From Candidatus Bathyarchaeia archaeon (GTDB taxonomy: Archaea; Thermoproteota; Bathyarchaeia; 40CM-2-53-6; JAVZFM01): a stretch of DNA of 35,354 nt. The notes under the pieces are model-generated. The model had not been told where the DNA came from. It did no database searches and saw only the letters and a program-made list of their open reading frames with translations. Shown one piece after another: positions 1 through 8,175 of this stretch (its first letter is position 1; every line of letters starts with the position of its first letter). The stretch is taken from NCBI GenBank assembly GCA_038872815.1, contig JAVZFM010000001.1, forward strand, positions 1-35,354, in the 5' to 3' direction. The translations under genes and the position numbers were made by a program.

Positions 1-4
1 CGAC

Positions 5-448
5 TCACCTTAAGACTTGAGTTTTCCTAAAACTTTTTATTTTTTCTTGAAGTGTAAAAATGGCCTTTAATATAGCCTCCGGTTTAGGAGGGCATCCATA
101 AACATAAGCATCTACTGGCAAAACTGTATCTAAGCCTTCTTGAACATTGTAAGCTCCTCTATAGACTGCACCGCTTAGACAACAATTGCCTATTGCCACT
201 ACAAACTTCGGCTCAGGCATCTGCTTATAAACTCTGAGTAATCTTTTTTTGACTTGTCTTGTTATGGCTCCAGTAACTACCATTATGTCCGCATGCCTAG
301 GACTTCCCACAAGTAATGCGCCAAACCTTTCGACATCGTAGCGCGGCGTTAAAGCCGCTACCACTTCTATGTCGCATGCATTACAACCTCCTGTATTAAA
401 ATGGAGTAACCAAGGGCTTCGTCTTCTAGCCCAATTAATTAGACCCAA
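5..448 (-). CDS. NuoB-family [4Fe-4S] subunit (small subunit of a group-4 membrane-bound [NiFe]-hydrogenase or complex-I-like module; MbhJ/EchC/NuoB-like)
   Basis: 147-aa ORF with the NuoB/hydrogenase-small-subunit Cys pattern (GGCNACDIE ... GNCC ... YGCPP). TTG start preceded by purine-rich GGGAG/AGGAAG. An upstream in-frame TGA bounds the ORF. TGA stop at the window edge. Confidence 0.8.
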   Translation of the reverse strand: MGLINWARRRSPWLLHFNTGGCNACDIEVVAALTPRYDVERFGALLVGSPRHADIMVVTGAITRQVKKRLLRVYKQMPEPKFVVAIGNCCLSGAVYRGAYNVQEGLDTVLPVDAYVYGCPPKPEAILKAIFTLQEKIKSFRKTQVLR

Positions 449-652
449 ACTTCCTATTCTCCCAACTTCATAATTCTCTAATTGAATGTTATCGAGTCTT
501 AAACCTTTTAAATTTTGCTCATTCTTAACAATCGTTGAGAAATACGTTTCATTAATACTCTTAGAATTATTGAAAAAAGCCTCATTGATGTAACCTTGAA
601 AACCTTTTAGATTAAAAAGTATATAAGTAAAAAAAGGCTTAAAAGTTTTTAA

Positions 653-1399
653 ATGAACTCAAAATACAACTCGATCGAGTTAAAGCATCAGAGCAAGGTA
701 GCCTTAATCAAAGGAGAGCGATCATTGGATACGGTTCTTAAAGCTATCCAATTAGCTGGAGAACCGATGTTTGAAGATAAACCAATTATCGTAAAAGTGA
801 ACTTAATAAGCACTAAGGATTGGCGTTCTGGAGCTACAACTGATCCAATAATCGTTAAGGGATTAATTATATACTTTAAAAAAATTAATGAAAGAATTAT
901 TGTTGCTGATTCGGATGCAACCATGACAAATGTCGATAAGGCTGTAGAAGCCTCTGGAATTAAATCTATATGCGAAAAATATGATGTACCGTTCATCAAT
1001 TTAAGAAAAGTTAAAGAAAAAATTAAAGTTAAAGTGCATAACTATGAGGTTTTATCGAAAATTACTTTTCCAAAAATCGTCCTAGAAAGTTATATCGTTA
1101 GCGCAGCAAAGCTGAAAACTCATAGCGAAACTTTAGTAACTCTTGGATTAAAGAATATGTTTGGATTAATTCCTGAGAAATTCAAAGCAAAATATCATTT
1201 AATCGGAGTAGATAAAGTGATAGTGGATGTTAACTCAGTAAAGAAGCCAGATTTTACGATAATCGATGGATTCATAGCCATGGAAGGTAAAGGTCCAGTA
1301 AACGGAAATCCTGTAAAGATGGACTTAGTTATAGCTGGAAAAGATCCTGTAGCCACAGATGCTATTGGAGCTTTAGTTATGGGATTCGGATCCAAATAA
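653..1399 (+). CDS. DUF362 domain protein, apparently frameshifted near its 3' end
   Basis: 248-aa ORF with DUF362-like layout (VKVNL...ATTDP...IIDGFIAMEGKGP...DPVATDA). The ORF ends at GFGSK*, but the family-typical C-terminus continues in the +1 frame (see 1389-1508). Confidence 0.7.
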   Translation: MNSKYNSIELKHQSKVALIKGERSLDTVLKAIQLAGEPMFEDKPIIVKVNLISTKDWRSGATTDPIIVKGLIIYFKKINERIIVADSDATMTNVDKAVEASGIKSICEKYDVPFINLRKVKEKIKVKVHNYEVLSKITFPKIVLESYIVSAAKLKTHSETLVTLGLKNMFGLIPEKFKAKYHLIGVDKVIVDVNSVKKPDFTIIDGFIAMEGKGPVNGNPVKMDLVIAGKDPVATDAIGALVMGFGSK

Positions 1400-1508
1400 A
1401 ATATTCCATATAAAAAGAGCCTCAGAAAAAGGGCTAGGGAATATGAAAGACATAATTGTTGTAGGCTCAAGTTTAAATGAAGTAAAAAGGAATTTTAAAC
1501 CTCCTTAA
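1389..1508 (+). other. Out-of-frame C-terminal tail of the DUF362 gene
   Basis: Frame shifted by one base relative to 653-1399. It reads DPNKIFHIKRASEKGLGNMKDIIVVGSSLNEVKRNFKPP*, which looks like the usual DUF362 ending (..A.e.GLG....I.v.G). Stop TAA at 1506-1508. Confidence 0.55.
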
Positions 1509-1542
1509 AAAATTTAAAATTAAAAAATTAAAACCAAAGCAA

Positions 1543-2187
1543 TTAAGTTAAAATTTCAGTACATAAAGTTTTTCCCCCTTCTAATAGCATTTTTAATCTT
1601 TTTGGGTATAAACCGTTAACGATATAACATTTCAATTTTGCTTTTTTCATTATGAATGGAAAATACTTATCTAAACATGTTTTATTCTTTTTAAGCCAAT
1701 TTAAAGTTGTTATGCTTAAAACTTCACCATTTTTATCGTAAACTCCATCTACATCTTTAATTAAGATTAAGTTTTTAGCTTTTAACAAGTATGCTATATA
1801 AACTGATATACTATCAGAAGTAATATTCCAAGAAGGCTTAAAAGGATTCTTCCTATAAAGAAGCCAATGAGGCAACAGGATTGGTAAAAAACCTTTTTTA
1901 CTAAGTTTTATACAATCTTTAATTGTTTTGGCTATTCTAGAATTTGGAGTTATATCCGATAAAAGAAGCCCATACTGTTCCATAGCCAATATGGCCATTT
2001 TATGGGCAACGTTTTCAGATAAAGAAAACAATTTATATGCATGCCTAACTGTATCTGCAAATTCAGCTCCACCAGGAACTACTGTCAAGCAATGCTTCTT
2101 TGCTAAATCGCCAAGCATAATGCATAATTTCATAAGCTTATCAGGTTTTTTACTTAAGCTACCACCGATTTTTAAAACTGTTTCCAA
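1543..2187 (-). CDS. Amino-acid-kinase-fold protein, MfnE-like ([5-(aminomethyl)furan-3-yl]methyl phosphate kinase family; C1-cofactor biosynthesis)
   Basis: 214 aa. N-terminal LKIGGS motif of the Asp/Glu/uridylate kinase fold. Its start overlaps the upstream hydantoinase-like gene by 16 nt. The operon context matches the MfnD/MfnF/MfnE set. Confidence 0.55.
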   Translation of the reverse strand: METVLKIGGSLSKKPDKLMKLCIMLGDLAKKHCLTVVPGGAEFADTVRHAYKLFSLSENVAHKMAILAMEQYGLLLSDITPNSRIAKTIKDCIKLSKKGFLPILLPHWLLYRKNPFKPSWNITSDSISVYIAYLLKAKNLILIKDVDGVYDKNGEVLSITTLNWLKKNKTCLDKYFPFIMKKAKLKCYIVNGLYPKRLKMLLEGGKTLCTEILT

Positions 2188-3257
2188 TTGATAGGCTCAC
2201 CTTCTAGAAATTCTATTCCCATAAGTGCTAAAGCAAAGGACGGAGTAGCTTTGGCTCCCATAACTCCTATAAAATCTGATAAATCTTTTATAAGATTAAA
2301 TCCAGCTTTTTCTAAGGCTTTTAAGGCTAAAAACTCCCTGCCTATACCAGTTATATAGGCCAGATTTGTTTTAAGATCGAATTTAAAATTTTTTAAAAGC
2401 TTTTTTAAACCGTTTAATATTTGATTTAATTGAGCTTCATATATATAGTTGGCTATAGATTTTATTTCATCTAAACTTAACATATCTAGATCGGCGCATA
2501 AAACTCTAGCTATTCTGGCTGAAGCCTCGATAATGCTTACTCCTCTTCCATCAGGTGTATCTACGCTATAATCTTCAGGCTTTAGGTTCCCAAGGACTAA
2601 ATGGACATCTCCAGATTGAGAAAAGAATTCTGAAGAAACAGGGATTAAAAAACCTCTTAAAGGAATGTATGAAACTATCGTTGCTACATTCGTTCTAAGA
2701 GCTCCAGTATAAACAAGTTCTCCAAAAGCAAGCTTTTCTAGATCGTTTTTTCCTTTTGCAGCTACTTTTCCATTTAAAACAGGTATTATAGAAGTTGTTG
2801 TGCTTCCTACATCGACTGCAAGACAATCTTTTGAAAGCTTTGAAGCCAACCATCCTGTAGCATACCAATTAGCAGCTGCAACTTCTAAATAGTTTTCTCT
2901 TGCTTTTTCTATGGATAAAAGGTTTCCATCAACGTCTAAAACTTTAATTTCTTCATTTGGAAAGACTTCTTTAATCGTTTCAAGCACATGGTTTACCCCT
3001 TCTTTTTTAGAAAAATAAACATCTGAAAGCTCGATAGTCATCGTTAAGTTTACAAGATCTGGGTTTAAGCATCTTGTTTTAAGCTTTAGAAATTCTAAGG
3101 CATCTTTAAGTCTTTCTTTTCCTTTTTTCCATATTGGAAAATATTCAGAAAACACTTCAACTTTTAACAATTCATTGTTTTTAGATTCCATGTATGCAAC
3201 TTTTATATTGGCTCCACCTATATCCCAGCCTAGAACTTTTACCATACTATTTTGCAC
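2172..3257 (-). CDS. Hydantoinase-A/ASKHA-like protein, MfnF-like ('H4MPT-linked C1 transfer pathway protein' family)
   Basis: 361 aa. N-terminal GWDIGGANIK and a later DVGSTTT phosphate-binding motif of ASKHA/hydantoinase-A proteins. Overlaps both neighbours (16 nt and 19 nt), implying translational coupling. Confidence 0.55.
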   Translation of the reverse strand: MQNSMVKVLGWDIGGANIKVAYMESKNNELLKVEVFSEYFPIWKKGKERLKDALEFLKLKTRCLNPDLVNLTMTIELSDVYFSKKEGVNHVLETIKEVFPNEEIKVLDVDGNLLSIEKARENYLEVAAANWYATGWLASKLSKDCLAVDVGSTTTSIIPVLNGKVAAKGKNDLEKLAFGELVYTGALRTNVATIVSYIPLRGFLIPVSSEFFSQSGDVHLVLGNLKPEDYSVDTPDGRGVSIIEASARIARVLCADLDMLSLDEIKSIANYIYEAQLNQILNGLKKLLKNFKFDLKTNLAYITGIGREFLALKALEKAGFNLIKDLSDFIGVMGAKATPSFALALMGIEFLEGEPINWKQF

Positions 3258-4429
3258 CCTGTTTCTTTCATTATTCTATCGATAAGCTTTAGGTAAACTT
3301 TTTTAGCATTCAAGAAGCTTTTAGAAATTGTTGTAATAAATCCGTATCCTTCATTAGAAGAATTTTTAAGTTTTATCGGTGGAATTAAAACTTCATTAAA
3401 GCTGTTAATGGATTCGATGAAATTTTTTGTAAAACATTTTTTGAATAAAGCCTTATGGAAGTAGCATAAACCATTAAAGCTGATGTTGAAGTTTGGTAAG
3501 CTTTTTAAACATGATTCTACTATGGGCTTAGCTAAATTTATCCTTGAAACTTTGCTTAACCCAACATAAGAAACAGTTAATCTTGGATTAATTTCTACAA
3601 TGTATACTTCGTTTTTTGAAAGAATAACATCTATGCCTATATATCCCTTTAAGCCTTTAAAATTCTTTACAATTCTTTCAGCTATATTAAATGCTTTTTG
3701 TTTTAATTTATGGTTTAATGGAGTATAGCCTCCAAGATATTCAGGCTTGTTAAGCTCTATAAACTGTTTATTCAAAGATAAATGCTTAACATTGAAACCA
3801 TCGGTTATTAATGATACGCTAGCTGGAATTCCTTTAACCAGTTTTTGAACAATTAATTGGTTATAGGCTTTATGAAGTTTTTTAAAAGCTTTATGAAATT
3901 CATTCATGTTTTTAACGATTTTTAATCCTTCACATCCAGCACTAAAGCATGGTTTAATTATTAATGGAAATCCCATTTCTTTAATTAAGGAAATCTCAAA
4001 GGGATTTAAAGTTTCAGGAACTTTAAATCCTTTTTGACTTAATTCAAGAAGCATTCTTGCTTTATCAGAAACTAGCTTAATAGCTTCAGGCTTAGAGTTT
4101 ATGTGGAAACCCTCTAGGCTTTTGACCATACTTAATAATAGATTTTCGCTTTCAGGAGCTATAATATAAGTAAAATCATGAGCTTTAGCAAAAGTTTTTA
4201 GTAAAGAATTTTTTAAACTATTTACTTTGAAAATCTTCGAAGTTTCGATCCTTAACTTCGAATTCATAAACTTTTTGCTTAAAACTATGGAAACATCATA
4301 ACCAGCTCTAGAGATATCGTTAGCTATAGAAATGAGCATAGCTAAACCTTCTGAGAGTATGCTTGAATTTTCATTTTTAACATAACCTGAAGAAAGAGCC
4401 TCGACTATTAAAATCTTTGATCTTGACAT
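3239..4429 (-). CDS. ATP-grasp ligase, MfnD-like (tyramine-L-glutamate ligase family) or related C1-cofactor glutamate ligase
   Basis: 396 aa. ATP-grasp hallmarks (PLIIKP...GCEG, GYIGIDVIL...VYIVEINPRLT). First gene of the three-gene overlapping operon. Confidence 0.55.
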   Translation of the reverse strand: MSRSKILIVEALSSGYVKNENSSILSEGLAMLISIANDISRAGYDVSIVLSKKFMNSKLRIETSKIFKVNSLKNSLLKTFAKAHDFTYIIAPESENLLLSMVKSLEGFHINSKPEAIKLVSDKARMLLELSQKGFKVPETLNPFEISLIKEMGFPLIIKPCFSAGCEGLKIVKNMNEFHKAFKKLHKAYNQLIVQKLVKGIPASVSLITDGFNVKHLSLNKQFIELNKPEYLGGYTPLNHKLKQKAFNIAERIVKNFKGLKGYIGIDVILSKNEVYIVEINPRLTVSYVGLSKVSRINLAKPIVESCLKSLPNFNISFNGLCYFHKALFKKCFTKNFIESINSFNEVLIPPIKLKNSSNEGYGFITTISKSFLNAKKVYLKLIDRIMKETGCKIVW

Positions 4430-4648
4430 TTTACATTGATCTAAGCTTTTATAGAATTCTAAGACTTAAAAATTTATTTATAGGGTTCTACTTTCAAAAT
4501 AACTAAAGCTTTAATAAAACCATTCCTTAAAAATCTAGAAGATTAAGTCTTACAGTCTCTTTAGCATTCATTATTTCAAAGCTAATTCATAAAACTATGG
4601 TATAGTAAAACATAAGAATTAATTACTATTGAAGATTTTTACAATGTC

Positions 4649-5017
4649 TTAACCTTCATAATGGAATTCTTCATAAACGAGTTTAGGCGAATCTAGAGCT
4701 TCTTTAACAAATCTAATGGCCTTTTTTATTTCGAAATCTTTACAAGTATAGATATCCAAAGTAAAAAACTTATAATTGCTCCATGTATAAAAGCTTACAC
4801 CAGATTCAACCCATGCCATGAACCCAGCTAAACCGCTATGAATAGAATTGGTTTTAACGTTTGGTGAAAAAATCACTGGCTCTAATATAATCATCATTCC
4901 TAAAAAGTCAGAAAGTTCTTTAAGGAATTTTTTAATAAATTCATGAGTTATTTCAATTCTATAAAATCCCTCTATTATTAATCGTTTCCTAGTTATTTGA
5001 GGCATAAGATTCTTCAA
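4649..5017 (-). CDS. Divergent AdoMetDC (SpeH/SpeD small-type) family pyruvoyl-dependent decarboxylase proenzyme
   Basis: 122 aa, the size of archaeal/bacterial small AdoMetDC. Contains a putative Glu-Ser self-cleavage site and downstream block (VESGVSFYTW...LDIYTC) resembling canonical ..ESH.S.HTWPE...D.FTC, but with His positions replaced. Confidence 0.6.
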   Translation of the reverse strand: MKNLMPQITRKRLIIEGFYRIEITHEFIKKFLKELSDFLGMMIILEPVIFSPNVKTNSIHSGLAGFMAWVESGVSFYTWSNYKFFTLDIYTCKDFEIKKAIRFVKEALDSPKLVYEEFHYEG

Positions 5018-5020
5018 TTT

Positions 5021-5740
5021 TTATACCTCAAAATTATTAAAAATACTTTTAAAGCAATTTAAAATATTTTTTTCAAGCTTTAACATTATAATTCCTAATA
5101 TCCATCCAGCAAAAGCGCCACCTATAACATCTGTTGGCCAATGAGCTCCGATATAAACTCTACTAAAACTAACAATTATGGCTAAAGCATACAATGAAAA
5201 ATTCCAATTTGGATGTTTATTACTTAAGATTACAGCTGCTGAAAAACAATTTTTTGCATGTCCACTTGGAAAGCTTGATCCCCCCTCTATTTCTATAATC
5301 CTAACACTATTTATAGCTTGATATGGCCTTGCCCTTGGTAAAAACAATTTTATTGGGAGAAAAATAATCCCGCCAATTAAGATCGTTATAGCCAATATAA
5401 TAGCTTCATTTTTTCTATGTTTAATCCAAAGTAAAATCGCGAACAATAACCAAAATATCGTAGAACCAATATGCGTAATAATGCTAAAAAATATATCCAA
5501 TGGGTAATATGCTAAACTTTTATTTATAAACAAGAATATAGGCAAATCAAATATAATGAATCCATGGGGATATTCGATAAAGCCTTTTATACAACAATTT
5601 TTTAAATAAATTTCATCGATAAATTCGATTAAAGCTAAGAATAAACAAACAATAAAAGCATAAGTATAAGCTTTAAAGCTTATTTTCATTCTTCTTCTTT
5701 CCTTTTGATTAAAGCTTTCTCTTTTAAATGAAGATATCAT
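5021..5740 (-). CDS. PAP2-family membrane phosphatase (phosphatidic acid / undecaprenyl- or dolichyl-pyrophosphate phosphatase type)
   Basis: 239 aa and polytopic. Has the three PAP2 motifs (KLFLPRARP ... PSGHA ... SRVYIGAHWPTDV). The true start may be the internal Met at 5689 (MKISFKAYTYAF...). Confidence 0.8.
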   Translation of the reverse strand: MISSFKRESFNQKERRRMKISFKAYTYAFIVCLFLALIEFIDEIYLKNCCIKGFIEYPHGFIIFDLPIFLFINKSLAYYPLDIFFSIITHIGSTIFWLLFAILLWIKHRKNEAIILAITILIGGIIFLPIKLFLPRARPYQAINSVRIIEIEGGSSFPSGHAKNCFSAAVILSNKHPNWNFSLYALAIIVSFSRVYIGAHWPTDVIGGAFAGWILGIIMLKLEKNILNCFKSIFNNFEV

Positions 5741-6099
5741 GATGCTCCTCTTTATCTTTTAGAACATTCTTAAAGATTTCTTCTATGGTTATCTCGTCTT
5801 CTTTTTCTGCTTTGTTGATTATGGTCTTAGTTATTGCATTTTCTTAATCTTTCTTATCTCATTCTATCATCTCTTTTAGGCTTTTTAATACAAAAATTGG
5901 ATTTGGATTTTTTAGGAATTCCTCCAAGATAGAGCAATCTTTCAGTAATGGCTTTAGTATGTTTCATCTCAGTTATTGAATTTTTTAATTCTTCTTTTAT
6001 AGCAAAGCTTTTGACTCATTTCCATTGAACATGTTGCCACATATATTGAATTGGAACTTGCGACTCAACTATAAAAAGTTACCTCTTGAATGCCTTCAT
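5724..6099 (-). pseudogene. Decayed bacterioferritin/ferritin-like gene remnant
   Basis: Minus-strand translation gives the following pieces:
- MKAFKR*
- LFIVESQVPIQYMWQHVQWK*VKSFAIKEELKNSITEMKHTKAITERLLYLGGIPKKSKSN
- a frame change
- PIFVLKSLKEMIE*DKKD*ENAITKTIINKAEKEDEITIEEIFKNVLKDKEEHH...

These match Bfr blocks (..QY.., ES.DEMKHA...ER.L.L.G.P, ..IL.DEE.H) as I remember them. The remnant has four in-frame stops and at least one frameshift, and is shorter than an intact Bfr. Confidence 0.6.
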
Positions 6100-6120
6100 A
6101 GCTTTAAAGCTTAACTTACA

Positions 6121-6453
6121 TTAGCCTATTACACAAATGAATATCAAAGGTTCCTCTTCTATATTTTTAAACTGATGTAACTCATTAGAAGAAATGAATA
6201 CAGCATCTTTAGGCTTCAATTCTACTTTTTGGTTTTCACTAATCAAAAGCCCTTTTCCTTGAATTATAAATATTTCATGTTCTTGCGGATGTTTATGCAA
6301 TGGTGTATATCCATTTTTTTCAATCAAAAAATATCTTAATGCGAATTTATGAGCTCCAATCTCTTTATAGATAAGCCATTTCACTTTAACCCCTTTAGCT
6401 TCTGGATCGTTAAAATCTTCCCAATCTTTTTCAGCTACATTCACTATATGCAT
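6121..6453 (-). CDS. Small cupin-domain protein
   Basis: 110 aa. Cupin motifs PLHKHPQEHEIFIIQGKG and NELHQFKN. Confidence 0.75.
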   Translation of the reverse strand: MHIVNVAEKDWEDFNDPEAKGVKVKWLIYKEIGAHKFALRYFLIEKNGYTPLHKHPQEHEIFIIQGKGLLISENQKVELKPKDAVFISSNELHQFKNIEEEPLIFICVIG

Positions 6454-6666
6454 GCTTGTTTCAACCCCAAAATGCTTAAAGCAGTAATTTATGCCTACAT
6501 TGCTTTAAAATATTTTGCAATTTGAATGCTTAAATATTTCTTATGGATATGAAATTAAGTTTAAAATGCTTTAAGGCTTTTAAGTATGAATTCTCTAAAA
6601 GGCGAATGCAAGTAAATTCTTTTAATAAACTAAGGAAAAATCTCGATTTTGCGAGACTTTAATCGA

Positions 6667-6707
6667 TAATAAAAACTAGAAAATGAAAAAGCAATTTTGC
6701 TAGTTTT
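6667..6707 (-). terminator. Hairpin plus T-run downstream of the nfnB/sudA-like gene
   Basis: AAAACTAG(A)AAAT ... ATTTT(G)CTAGTTTT forms about 13 bp with one bulge. On the minus strand it is followed by TTTTTATTAT. It lies 74-110 nt past the stop at 6781. The stem is A/T-rich and therefore weak. Confidence 0.35.
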
Positions 6708-6780
6708 ATCTAATAAAAATAGAGCTAAAAGACGTTTAAAATCGTTAAAAAATTTATTAATGCCTACTTAATCTAAAAGT

Positions 6781-8175
6781 TTAATAAAGACTTAATAAAA
6801 AATTATGAATATCTTTTGCTGCAATTTTTCCTGCAGCCATAGCGCTTATAACTGTAGCTTCTCCAGTAACTACGTCTCCACCAGCCCAAACTCTATGCTT
6901 ACTTGTTCTGCAAGTTTTAGCATCAACAATTATTAAACCATTTTCATCTACGTTAATTCCAGGCGTAGTTTTTTGTATAATTGGATTAGGCTTTCTTCCT
7001 ATAGCGATTATGGCTGTATCTAAATTTATAAAAAAGTTTGAATCTTTTATTGGAATAGGCTTTTTACGTCCTGAAGAGTCTAAATCGCTCAAGCCCATTT
7101 TTATACATTCTAGCTTAGTAATCCATCCATGTTCATTTCCAATCATTCTTAAAGGGCTTGTTAATGTTTTTATTTTAACTCCTTCTTCTATAGCGTTCAA
7201 TATTTCTTCTTTTCTTGCAGGCATTTCATGAACAGTTCTTCTATAAACTACAGTTACTTCTATTTCCTCTGGCTTTAGCCTTAAAGCTGTTCTTGAAACA
7301 TCCATTGCTACATTTCCCCCGCCTATAACTGCTACTTTATTGCCTATCGAAATAGGTGTATCGTATTCTGGGAATAAATATGCTTTCATAAGGTTACATC
7401 TAGTTAAAAACTCGTTTGCTGAAAGAACTCCATTTAAGCTTTCTCCTGGAATTCCTAAAAAATTTGGCGAACCTGCTCCTGCTCCAACAAAAATAGCTTC
7501 ATAGCCCATTCCAAACAATTCATCGATCGTTATTGTATTGCCAACAACTATGTTAGTAAGGATTTTTACTCCTAATTTTTCAATGTAATCTATTTCAGCC
7601 TTAACTATGGATTTAGGAAGCCTAAACTCAGGTATTCCATAAGCCAATACTCCCCCAGCTTCATGTAAAGCTTCAAAAATAGTTACTTCATGACCAAGTT
7701 TTGCTAAATCTCCTGCTACTGTAAGCCCAGCTGGACCCGATCCTATCACGGCTATTTTTTTTCCTGTAGATTTAGCTTTTTCAAAGCTTACTATTCTTTT
7801 TGAAAGCCCATAATCACCAGCAAACCTTTCTAAGGCACCAATAGCAATAGCTGCATTTTTTTTATTAAGTATACAAGCTTTTTCACATTGGGTTTCTTGA
7901 GGACAAACTCTACCACAAATAGCTGGAAGGTTATTCTTTTCTTTAATCTTTTCAATAGCTTTTTCAAATTCTCCTTTAGCTATAAACTTAATAAAGGCTG
8001 GAATATCTATCCCTACTGGACATCCTTTAACGCAAAAAGGATTTACGCATTGAAGGCATCTTGAAGCCTCTACTATAGCTTGTTCTTCGCTATAGCCTAA
8101 AGCAACCTCTTTAAAATTTTTTATTCTTTCTTTTGGAGGTTGTTTAGGCATTGGAACTCTTTTAAGCTTATCCAA
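6781..8175 (-). CDS. GltD-like NAD(P)H-dependent FAD/Fe-S oxidoreductase large subunit (NfnB / SudA type)
   Basis: 464 aa. N-terminal Cys clusters (CLQCVNPFCVKGCP..., CGRVCPQETQCEKAC), GSGPAG dinucleotide fold and a second GGGNVAMD fold. The gene abuts the NfnA/SudB-like gene with zero spacer. Confidence 0.85.
   Translation of the reverse strand: MDKLKRVPMPKQPPKERIKNFKEVALGYSEEQAIVEASRCLQCVNPFCVKGCPVGIDIPAFIKFIAKGEFEKAIEKIKEKNNLPAICGRVCPQETQCEKACILNKKNAAIAIGALERFAGDYGLSKRIVSFEKAKSTGKKIAVIGSGPAGLTVAGDLAKLGHEVTIFEALHEAGGVLAYGIPEFRLPKSIVKAEIDYIEKLGVKILTNIVVGNTITIDELFGMGYEAIFVGAGAGSPNFLGIPGESLNGVLSANEFLTRCNLMKAYLFPEYDTPISIGNKVAVIGGGNVAMDVSRTALRLKPEEIEVTVVYRRTVHEMPARKEEILNAIEEGVKIKTLTSPLRMIGNEHGWITKLECIKMGLSDLDSSGRKKPIPIKDSNFFINLDTAIIAIGRKPNPIIQKTTPGINVDENGLIIVDAKTCRTSKHRVWAGGDVVTGEATVISAMAAGKIAAKDIHNFLLSLY

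Noticed and set aside
688-1470. ORFs 688-999(-) and 1195-1470(-) from the six-frame track
   Set aside because: They are antisense shadows of the DUF362 gene. They have low-complexity Ile/Ser/Thr-rich translations and no recognisable motifs. In AT-rich DNA, long antisense ORFs opposite real genes are expected.
4460-4552. 10-bp inverted repeat TAAGACTTAA (4460-4469) / TTAAGTCTTA (4543-4552) in the leader/promoter region of the Mfn-like operon
   Set aside because: The arms are separated by 73 nt and are A/T-rich, and no further complementarity extends them. One such match in a 220-bp AT-rich spacer is not clearly beyond chance.
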